From the NCBI GenBank assembly GCA_024276495.1, contig JAJRXC010000005.1:64191-128190 (forward strand): 64,000 bases of DNA. The letters are read 5' to 3'. The DNA comes from Actinomycetes bacterium. GTDB lineage: Bacteria > Actinomycetota > Acidimicrobiia > Acidimicrobiales > Aldehydirespiratoraceae. The notes under the pieces were generated by a model, which saw only the letters and a program-made list of their open reading frames with translations, was not told the origin of the DNA and did not search any database. A program made the translations under genes and the position numbers. Shown piece by piece: positions 9,709 through 17,089 of the stretch. Position 1 is the stretch's first letter. The number at the start of each line of letters is the position of its first letter.

Positions 9709-9963
9709 ATGAACAGGAAACAGTTGGTGGCGTCAGGTCCGGTCGGCCTGCGGTTGTGGGTGGCGACGGAGTCGCTGCTGCGCACCCGCACACCGAGTCG
9801 ACGGTGCGGCGACGACCGTGGCCAGGCGACGGCGGAGTACGCCCTCGTGGTGCTCGGCGCGGCGACGGTGGCGATGCTGTTGATCGCCTGGGCCACCAGC
9901 ACCGGGAAGATGTCGACGCTGCTCAACAAGGTGATCGACTCGATCTCGCGGCGCATCACGTGA
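9709..9963 (+). CDS. Flp-type pilin-like protein (DUF4244-like) with a 38-aa leader
   Basis: The G/QATAEYALVVLGAATVAMLLIAW motif matches the Flp G/xxxxEY processing site plus a hydrophobic helix. A GGAGG SD lies 7 nt upstream of the ATG. Confidence 0.65.
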   Translation: MNRKQLVASGPVGLRLWVATESLLRTRTPSRRCGDDRGQATAEYALVVLGAATVAMLLIAWATSTGKMSTLLNKVIDSISRRIT

Positions 9964-10370
9964 ACGACGCCGGCCGACCGCGACGGGCCGGGCCCGACCC
10001 GTCGCGGCGGTCGTCGACGGGCCAGGCGACGGTCGAGTTCGCGCTCTTGCTCCCGGTCGTCGCACTGCTCGTCCTCGCGATCGGTCAGGTCGCGCTCGTC
10101 GCGCTCGACCGGGTTCGGGTCACTCATTCGGCCCGTGAGGGGGCGAGGGTCGCCGCGGTCGGGGGTTCCGACGCGCAGGTGCGCACCGAGGTGGTCGCCG
10201 CGTCCCGTCTCGCCCCGGATCGGCTCCGCGTGTCGGTGCGCCGCACGACCGCGAACGTCGAGGTCACCGTCCGCTACGACGGCGCCACCGAGCTGCCGCT
10301 CGTCGGCGCGCTGATCGACGACGTCGACATGGTCGCCGTGGCCCGGATGAGACGGGAGCAGCCGCCGTGA
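9960..10370 (+). CDS. TadE-like pseudopilin/pilus assembly protein
   Basis: GQATVEFALLLPVVALLVLAIGQVALV is the TadE N-terminal signature. The GTG start at 9960 overlaps the pilin stop (GTGA). Confidence 0.7.
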   Translation: MNDAGRPRRAGPDPSRRSSTGQATVEFALLLPVVALLVLAIGQVALVALDRVRVTHSAREGARVAAVGGSDAQVRTEVVAASRLAPDRLRVSVRRTTANVEVTVRYDGATELPLVGALIDDVDMVAVARMRREQPP

Positions 10371-10371
10371 C

Positions 10372-12300
10372 TCAGGTGAGGCGGAAGCGCGACGGGTAGG
10401 TCGACGTGCCGAACGCGAGCCAGGTGTCGGTCTCCACGTTCTGGGGCACCGTCATGCTGACCAGCAGCGTGTGGCCGGCGACCACCGTGTAGTCGATGGT
10501 GCCCAAATCGATGGTGACCACGCCGAAGTCGTCGCCGAACTCGGCCTGGGAGAAGACGGCGGAGCCGCTGCCGATGGTCGTGCAGCTCGTCGTCGCGTTC
10601 ACACAGTCGATCAGGCCGGCCCGGATCCCACCCAGCGACGCGGTGCTGAAGTTCGGCGTCGCGACATGGAGACGGAGCGAGGCCCGCCCCTGCAGGCGGG
10701 TGTCGTCGACGATCGACAGGGACCACGCGGTGACGTGCGCCGCGTCGATCTCGGCCAGCCCGGCCGGCCCCGAGGTGAGCGTCAGGCCGGGGTCGGCATT
10801 CGCCCCGGCGTCCCAGTTCGTCGCGCCGACACCCGACACCGCGCTCACCAGCCCGAACGTCGCACCGCCCGATCCCGCTCCGAGGTACCCACCGGCAAAC
10901 GTCGACGGGGCCAGGGTCGTGGTGGTGGTGGTCGACGGCACTTCCTGAACGACGGCCTCGGTGGTCGTGGGCGGCGGTGTCGTGGTCGTCGGAGGGTGAG
11001 CGACGTGCGCCACGGTGGTCGTCGTCGTCGGCGTGGTCGTGGTGGTCGTCGTCGTGGTCGTCGTGGTGGTGGAAGGCCGACTGGTCGTGGGCGGCGAGGT
11101 CGTCGTGGTCACGAGCGGCGGCGGGATCGTCGGCACCACGACCTCCTCGACCACCCGGGCCGCGGATTCCTGTGGCACGTCCGCGGAGAAGGCGGGCACG
11201 ACGATGGTGGTCGCGGCGATGGCGGCGGCGACGGCCGAGGTGGCCGCCGCGGGGAGTTGGGCGACCGACGTGGCTTGCAGCGCCACCGGAGAGTTCGCGA
11301 GCCAGGTACCGATCTTGCTGCGTCGGTCGGGCGCGAGCGATGCCGACAGGAAGGCGCGCACGACCTCCGGGTCGAACTGGGCACCCGCGCAACGGGCGAG
11401 CTCGGCTCGGGCGTCGTCATGGCTCATCGCGACCTTGTAGGCGCGTACCGTGGTCATCACGTCGAAGGCGTCGACGACGCTGATGATCCGGCCGGCTCGT
11501 GAGATCTCCTGCCCCTTCAGGCCCCGCGGGTATCCGCTGCCGTCCCAGCGCTCGTGGTGGTCCCGAGTGGCGCGGGCCCACTCCCCGAGCCAGGTCCGCA
11601 TCGGCTGGACCATCTTCCAGCCCTCGTTCGGATGGCTCTTCAGCCTCGACCATTCCCGCTCGGAGAGCATGCTCGACTTGTTGAGCACATCGGTCGGCAC
11701 CGTGAGCTTGCCCACGTCGTGGATCAGTCCGGCCCACTGGAGCTTCATGCGCTCCTGATCGCTGAAGCCCATCTCGACCGCGACGAGGTCGGCGTAGGCC
11801 CGGACCCGTTCGGTGTGGCCACGGGTGAGCCGATCATGGGAGGTGAGCTTGCCGACGACCGTGAGCAGGTACTCGGCGGCCTCCTGGGCCGACGCCTGGT
11901 CGAGGGCCGCGACCTCGTGGGCGAGGTGCTTCGCGGTTCCCTGGCGCAGCGCGAGCTTGAACCGCGACGGCGCGTGGTCGGGGAAGACGATCGACAGCTT
12001 CAGCAAGGTCGCGATCGGGAGGTACTGGCGGGCGGCTCGATCGATCGCGACGAGGGCGAGAGTGGAGACGACGGAGAGGGCGGCCCAACGAGCCACCGCT
12101 TCGATCACCGAGCCCGGTGGGCCGAGCCCGCGATTGAGTTGCCAGGCAGTGAGGATGACCACCGCGAACGGAATGCCCACGATCGCGAGTCGAGCGGCGC
12201 GGGCCAGCCAGGGTCGGCTTCGCCACTCCGTGGAGCGGCGTTCGTCGTCACGCTCCTCGTCTCGCGTCTCCACGGTGTTCCCGTCGGTGAGGTTGGTCAC
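10372..12300 (-). CDS. Membrane-anchored HD-GYP phosphodiesterase with a Thr/Pro-rich linker and an unassigned C-terminal domain
   Basis: Two N-terminal TM helices. HD-GYP motifs are GHTERVRAYA, GLIHDVGKLTVP and HHERWDGSGYPRGL. There is a third hydrophobic segment (LPAAATSAVAAAIAATTIVVPAF), then a roughly 70-aa T/P linker, then a roughly 180-aa Gly/Ser/Thr-rich domain. Confidence 0.85.
   Translation of the reverse strand: MTNLTDGNTVETRDEERDDERRSTEWRSRPWLARAARLAIVGIPFAVVILTAWQLNRGLGPPGSVIEAVARWAALSVVSTLALVAIDRAARQYLPIATLLKLSIVFPDHAPSRFKLALRQGTAKHLAHEVAALDQASAQEAAEYLLTVVGKLTSHDRLTRGHTERVRAYADLVAVEMGFSDQERMKLQWAGLIHDVGKLTVPTDVLNKSSMLSEREWSRLKSHPNEGWKMVQPMRTWLGEWARATRDHHERWDGSGYPRGLKGQEISRAGRIISVVDAFDVMTTVRAYKVAMSHDDARAELARCAGAQFDPEVVRAFLSASLAPDRRSKIGTWLANSPVALQATSVAQLPAAATSAVAAAIAATTIVVPAFSADVPQESAARVVEEVVVPTIPPPLVTTTTSPPTTSRPSTTTTTTTTTTTTTPTTTTTVAHVAHPPTTTTPPPTTTEAVVQEVPSTTTTTTLAPSTFAGGYLGAGSGGATFGLVSAVSGVGATNWDAGANADPGLTLTSGPAGLAEIDAAHVTAWSLSIVDDTRLQGRASLRLHVATPNFSTASLGGIRAGLIDCVNATTSCTTIGSGSAVFSQAEFGDDFGVVTIDLGTIDYTVVAGHTLLVSMTVPQNVETDTWLAFGTSTYPSRFRLT
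10918..11130 (-). repeat. Low-complexity ACC/ACG (Thr) and CCN (Pro) codon tract encoding the poly-Thr/Pro linker
   Basis: The plus strand reads as runs of ggt/cgt triplets (…gtcgtcgtcgtcggcgtggtcgtggtggtcgtcgtcgtggtcgtcgtggtggtgg…). The translation contains TTTTSPPTTSRPSTTTTTTTTTTTTTPTTTTT and PPTTTTPPPTTT. Confidence 0.85.
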
Positions 12301-12367
12301 CGCATGGATGAGCCGTTCGGCTCAGTGTTGTGGGCCGTCGGACCCAATCCGCACCGGTCCGGGTCTG

Positions 12368-14692
12368 TCAGCCACCGAGGATCGCCCGCAGGAGACGGGC
12401 GGACCCGTCCTTGTCGAGCGGTTCGTTGCCGTTGCCGCACTTGGGGGACTGCACACAAGAGGGGCAGCCGTCGGTGCAGGGGCAGGCCCCGATCGTCTCG
12501 ACGGTGGCGGCGAGGTGGTCGGCCCCGGCCTCCCAACCGAGCTCAGCGATTCCGGCCCCGCCGGGGTACCCGTCGTAGACGAACACGGTCGGGAGGCCGG
12601 TGTCGGCATGGACGACGGTCGAGACGCCACCCACGTCCCAACGATCGCAGATCGTGAACAAGGGCAGCAGGCCGATCGCCGCGTGTTCGGTGGCGTGCAA
12701 CGTGCCCGCGGGATCCGGCCCGCACCGGTCGACGATCTCAGGGTCGACCGTGTACCAGAACGCCCGGGTGACCAGACGTTGCTCGGGGAGGTCGAGTGGC
12801 TCGTTGGAGAGGATTCGCCGGGAGCGGGTCTCCCGGAGCTGGTAGCCGGTGACCAGCGTGCTGACCTCCACGGATCCGAGGTGGAGGGTCGCGGCTCCGA
12901 CCGCCCGACTCGCCTCGATGTCGAGCACTCGGATGTCGGTGGTGCTGCGGGCCTGGGTGTACTCACCGCCGTCGGCCTCCTCGACCCGGGCCTCGCGCCG
13001 GACGAGGTCGAGGCGCACGACCTCGAACGCCTGACCGCGATGGAGATAGATCGCGCCCGTGTGCACGGAGGTGAACGCGCGACTCTCGTCGACCGTGCCG
13101 ATCAGCTGATCGCGGCGATCGTCGACGATGCGGATCTCTCCCGACGAACCGGACCGCAGGCTGATCCCCCGAGACGGGTAGCCGACCCCGCACCAATGGG
13201 CGACCGGTTCCTCGGTGCCGTTGCGTCGGCGCCGACGGAGGCGGAGACGGTCGTCGTGAACGAGGTCGCGCACGCCGTCGTGGAGCTCCTCGTCGCTCCA
13301 CCAGCGGAGGTCGTCGTAGCTGATCGGGAGCTCGTAGGCGGCACAGGCCAGGTGGGGGTGGAGGACGAACGGGTTGGCGGTGTTGACGACCGAGGGTTCG
13401 GGTGGCCGGGAGAAGACCTCGTCGGGGTGACTCATCAGATAGCGGTCGAGCTGGTCGTCGCCGCCGACCAGGACGGTGACCGACGCCGTGTCGCCCCGCC
13501 CGGCCCGGCCGGACTGCTGCCACATCGAGGCGATCGTGCCGGGAAACCCGTTCATCACACAGGCGTCGAGCCCGCCGATGTCGACACCCAGCTCGAGGGC
13601 GGAGGTCGACACGACCCCGCGGAGCTCCCCTCCGAAGAGCCGATGTTCGATGGATCGCCGTTCGTCGGCCAGATACCCGGCCCGGTACGGAACCACGGTT
13701 TGGCGGAGATGATCGGGGAGACGCCGGCTCACGTCGGCGGCGACCAGCTCCGTCCCCTTCCGGGACCGACAAAAGGTGATGGTGCGGTGGCCCGACTCCA
13801 CCAGTGCGGCGGTGACCGACGCGCACTCGAAGTTGGCCGATGACCGGGCGCCCGTCGCGACGTCGATCACGGGTGGGTCCAGCAGCGCGAACCGGCGGGC
13901 GCCGGCGGGTGAGCCGTCGTCGGTGATCGGGGTGACGGGCGCCCCGCAGAGGGCCGCGGCAAGGCGTTGTGGTTCGCCGATCGTGGCCGAGCAGAAGATG
14001 AACGTCGGATCGCTGCAGTAGTGACGGCACAGCCGCCGGAGTCGACGCACGATGTGGGCGACGTGGGTACCGAAGACACCCCGGAGCACGTGGAGCTCGT
14101 CGATCACGACGTAGCGGAGCCGCATGAGGAAGGCCGCCCACTTCGGGTGACGGGGGAGGAGACCCCCGTGGAGCATCTCCGGATTGGTGAGCACGACGTT
14201 GGCTTGATCTCGGACCCACGACTTCTCGGCTCGGGTCGCGTCGCCGTCGTAGGCCCCGGCGATCAGCTCGGGGAACGACAACGCCTGCAGCGCCCGAAGC
14301 TGGTCCCGGGCCAGCGCCTTGGTGGGCGACATGATCAACGCGGTGCCCGGCTTGATCGGGTCGATGACGGCTTCCGCGATGGGGAGCTGGTAGCAACGGG
14401 ACTTCCCCGACGCCGTGCCGGTGGCGACGACGACATGGGTGCCGGCTCGGGCCAGTTCGATCGCTTCGGCCTGGTGGCACCACAGTCGGTCGGTGCCGAG
14501 CGTCGCGGCGACGGCGTCGGGCAGGGGGTGACGCAACTCGCCGAATCGTTCGGCCCGTTCGGGAAGGTGCTCGATGTGGACGAGCCGACCGTCGGCCGCC
14601 AGGGAATCGAGAAGGGTGTCGAACGCGGCGGTGCGCGGCAGGGCCGGAACGGGTGGCGGTACGTCGGGGGAAACGAGGGAGGCGAGCGCCAT
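12368..14692 (-). CDS. DEAD/DEAH-box helicase with a C-terminal DUF1998 (MrfA/YprA-type) four-Cys module
   Basis: Motif I ATGTASGKS, motif II VIDELH, helicase C region (GVDIGGLDACVMNGFPGTIASMWQQSGRAGR), C-terminal CPCTDGCPSCVQSPKCGNGN. Confidence 0.9.
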   Translation of the reverse strand: MALASLVSPDVPPPVPALPRTAAFDTLLDSLAADGRLVHIEHLPERAERFGELRHPLPDAVAATLGTDRLWCHQAEAIELARAGTHVVVATGTASGKSRCYQLPIAEAVIDPIKPGTALIMSPTKALARDQLRALQALSFPELIAGAYDGDATRAEKSWVRDQANVVLTNPEMLHGGLLPRHPKWAAFLMRLRYVVIDELHVLRGVFGTHVAHIVRRLRRLCRHYCSDPTFIFCSATIGEPQRLAAALCGAPVTPITDDGSPAGARRFALLDPPVIDVATGARSSANFECASVTAALVESGHRTITFCRSRKGTELVAADVSRRLPDHLRQTVVPYRAGYLADERRSIEHRLFGGELRGVVSTSALELGVDIGGLDACVMNGFPGTIASMWQQSGRAGRGDTASVTVLVGGDDQLDRYLMSHPDEVFSRPPEPSVVNTANPFVLHPHLACAAYELPISYDDLRWWSDEELHDGVRDLVHDDRLRLRRRRRNGTEEPVAHWCGVGYPSRGISLRSGSSGEIRIVDDRRDQLIGTVDESRAFTSVHTGAIYLHRGQAFEVVRLDLVRREARVEEADGGEYTQARSTTDIRVLDIEASRAVGAATLHLGSVEVSTLVTGYQLRETRSRRILSNEPLDLPEQRLVTRAFWYTVDPEIVDRCGPDPAGTLHATEHAAIGLLPLFTICDRWDVGGVSTVVHADTGLPTVFVYDGYPGGAGIAELGWEAGADHLAATVETIGACPCTDGCPSCVQSPKCGNGNEPLDKDGSARLLRAILGG

Positions 14693-14809
14693 TGGCCGAT
14701 GCTACGACCTGGGTGTGACCGAATCACAACGTTGTCGTTCGTCGTCGTCGTTCGCGGCGCTCGCCCGGGCGGCGCCGTCTCGGCGGGCGGGCGAAGTACG
14801 GTCGGCGCT

Positions 14810-15154
14810 GTGCAGATCGTGACGCACCCACATCGTGATGGCGCCTGGACGGTTCTCGCGGTCTCCGGAGAGCTCGATGTCGTGGGCGGCCCCGATCTGC
14901 GCCGGCAGGTGGTGCGCGAGGTGAACGAGGGGAATCGTCACCTGGTGCTGGACCTCACCGGCGTCGATTTCATCGACTCGTTCGGGTTGGGGGTGGTGGT
15001 CGGCGCGCTGAAGCGGGTGCGGCTGCTCGACGGCGATCTCCGGGTCGTCGTTCCCGAGCCGCGGGTTCGCCGGGTGTTCGAGGTGTGTGATCTCGACCGG
15101 GTGTTCGACCTGCACGCCACGGTGGAGTCCGCGGTCGCGACGGGGGTGTCGTGA
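14810..15154 (+). CDS. Anti-sigma factor antagonist (STAS domain, BldG/SpoIIAA-like)
   Basis: WTVLAVSGELDVVGGPDLRRQV...LVLDLTGVDFIDSFGLGVVVGALKR, with the conserved DSxG phospho-Ser context. The GTG start is assumed at 14810. Confidence 0.8.
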   Translation: MQIVTHPHRDGAWTVLAVSGELDVVGGPDLRRQVVREVNEGNRHLVLDLTGVDFIDSFGLGVVVGALKRVRLLDGDLRVVVPEPRVRRVFEVCDLDRVFDLHATVESAVATGVS

Positions 15155-15648
15155 GCCCCACCGATCGGTCCGCCGACGAGATGGCGGTCGCCGACTTCCG
15201 GCCCGGGGAGATCGTGCTGGAGATCCCGGCGAGCAAGGAATACGTGTCGCTGGTTCGCTCGGTGGTCGTCGCCGCGGCCGAGATCGAACCCGACATGGAC
15301 AACGATCGCATCGAAGACCTCAGGGTCGCCGTGTCGGAGGCCACGACCAACGCGATCGAGGCCCACGACCTCCGAGGCGTGCGCGACCGGATCCGCATCC
15401 AGTGCAACCTCGCCGACGACGAGGTCGCGGTCGTGGTGCACGATCAGGGAATGGGCTTCGAGCCCGACGACGTGCCGGCGTTGCCCGAGCCGGATTCCCC
15501 CGATCGGTTGAACTACGAGTCCGGGCTCGGAGTGCACCTGATGCGCATGTTGGCCGACGAGTCGGAGATCTCCTCGACCGAGGACGGCACCGACGTTCGC
15601 CTCGTCGTCTATTCCGCGAAACGTCGCCGTCGCGATCTGGGCCGCTAG
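15151..15648 (+). CDS. Anti-sigma factor / Ser-protein kinase (HATPase_c, RsbW/SpoIIAB/ApgA-like)
   Basis: N-box EATTNAIEH-like (VSEATTNAIEAH) and G-boxes (HDQGMGFEP, ESGLGVHLM). GTGA overlap with the STAS gene. Confidence 0.8.
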   Translation: MSPTDRSADEMAVADFRPGEIVLEIPASKEYVSLVRSVVVAAAEIEPDMDNDRIEDLRVAVSEATTNAIEAHDLRGVRDRIRIQCNLADDEVAVVVHDQGMGFEPDDVPALPEPDSPDRLNYESGLGVHLMRMLADESEISSTEDGTDVRLVVYSAKRRRRDLGR

Positions 15649-15662
15649 CGTCTCTTTCCGTC

Positions 15663-17024
15663 ATGGCCAACGACGACCTCCCCTTTTCCCCCCTCACCTG
15701 GCTCGGCGGCGACCGCCAGCTGGCGCGACGCGTCGGGCGTCCGGTACGCAACTTCCTTCGCATCGAGGCGGCCGGCGGCATCCTCCTTCTCCTGGCCACC
15801 ATCATCGCCCTCGTCTGGGCGAACTCGCCGTGGAGCGACCTCTACCACGAGATCCTGGAGACCCACATCAAGCTCCAGTTCGGCGACTTCTTGTTGCTCG
15901 ACGAACCGATCGAGCTGTGGATCAACGACGCGTTGATGGCGATCTTCTTCTTCGTCGTCGGCCTCGAGATCAAGCGGGAGCTGGCCGTCGGGTATCTGCG
16001 CGATCCCCGCGCCGCGGCACTCCCGGCCATCGCCGCGATCGGTGGGATGGTCGCTCCCGCGCTGATCTACATCGCGTTCAACCCGTCGTCGCCGGGCTTC
16101 GACGGCTGGGGAATCCCGATGGCCACCGACATCGCGTTCGCCCTGGGTGTCGTGTCATTGCTCGGCAACCGGGTGCCGTCGGTGATGAAGGTCTTCTTGT
16201 TGACGTTGGCGATCGTCGACGACATCGGGGCCATCGCGGTGATCGCGATCTTCTACACCGACAAGTTCTCCACCGGCTGGTTCCTGGTCGCGGTCCTCTC
16301 GATCGGTGTCGTGGTGGTGATGCGGCTGGTCAAGATCTGGTGGATCCCGGCCTATGTGCTGGTCGGGTCGTTCGTGTGGCTCGCGGTGTTCGAATCGGGA
16401 ATCCACGCGACGATCGCCGGTGTCATCCTCGGCCTGCTCGCCCCGGCCCTTCCGCTGAAGCGGGAGATGACCGAAGACGAGGAGGTCGTGCGCCTGGCCA
16501 TGCAGGGGGGAGCGAGCGCGGTGGTCGTCCGGCGGGCCAGCTTCGAGCTGAAAGAGCAGATCTCCGTCGTGGAACGTCTGGAGAACGCGCTGCACCCCTA
16601 CACCAGCTACCTGATCATCCCGATCTTCGCCCTCTCGAACGCCGGCGTCGAACTGTCGTCGGAGACCATCAACGCGGCGATCACCGCGCCGATCACGCTC
16701 GGTGTGACGTTCGGCCTCGTGGTCGGAAAGATCGTCGGTGTCTCCGCCGCGACCTTCCTCGCGGTCAAGCTCGGCATCGCCACCCTTCCGCGTGGTGCGA
16801 CGTGGACCCATGTCGTCGGCCTCTCCGCGATGGCCGGCATCGGTTTCACCGTTTCGCTCTTCATCACCGGCCTCGCGTTCGGCGATGCGCAGCTCCTTAC
16901 CGACGAGGCCCGCATCGGCATCCTGACGGCGTCGGCGATCGCCGCGATCATCGGCACGCTGATCCTCCTGCGGGCCCGTCAGGTCATCGAGGTCGACGTT
17001 GACGACCCGATTCCGACCCCGTAG
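15663..17024 (+). CDS. nhaA: Na+/H+ antiporter NhaA
   Basis: WINDALMAIFFFVVGLEIKREL, IPMATDIAFALGV and LTLAIVDDIGAI are NhaA signatures. About 12 TM helices. Confidence 0.9.
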   Translation: MANDDLPFSPLTWLGGDRQLARRVGRPVRNFLRIEAAGGILLLLATIIALVWANSPWSDLYHEILETHIKLQFGDFLLLDEPIELWINDALMAIFFFVVGLEIKRELAVGYLRDPRAAALPAIAAIGGMVAPALIYIAFNPSSPGFDGWGIPMATDIAFALGVVSLLGNRVPSVMKVFLLTLAIVDDIGAIAVIAIFYTDKFSTGWFLVAVLSIGVVVVMRLVKIWWIPAYVLVGSFVWLAVFESGIHATIAGVILGLLAPALPLKREMTEDEEVVRLAMQGGASAVVVRRASFELKEQISVVERLENALHPYTSYLIIPIFALSNAGVELSSETINAAITAPITLGVTFGLVVGKIVGVSAATFLAVKLGIATLPRGATWTHVVGLSAMAGIGFTVSLFITGLAFGDAQLLTDEARIGILTASAIAAIIGTLILLRARQVIEVDVDDPIPTP

Positions 17025-17089
17025 TCGTACCCTGCTCGCTCCTGCGCAGTAGTTGACAATCGTCCTCTCATCGGATTGGTTTCCCACCC

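Noticed and set aside
12368-14692. The DUF1998-containing helicase as part of a DISARM-like or other defence system.
   Set aside because: Helicase and DUF1998 are fused as in the housekeeping MrfA/Rv3649-type protein. The gene sits in the conserved helicase-to-topA backbone position. No methylase, PLD nuclease or other defence partners are adjacent.
17053-17081. A perfect -35 hexamer TTGACA upstream of topA as a promoter call.
   Set aside because: No acceptable -10 (TANNNT) lies at 16-18 nt spacing (ATTGGT/TTGGTT), so I did not list it as a feature.
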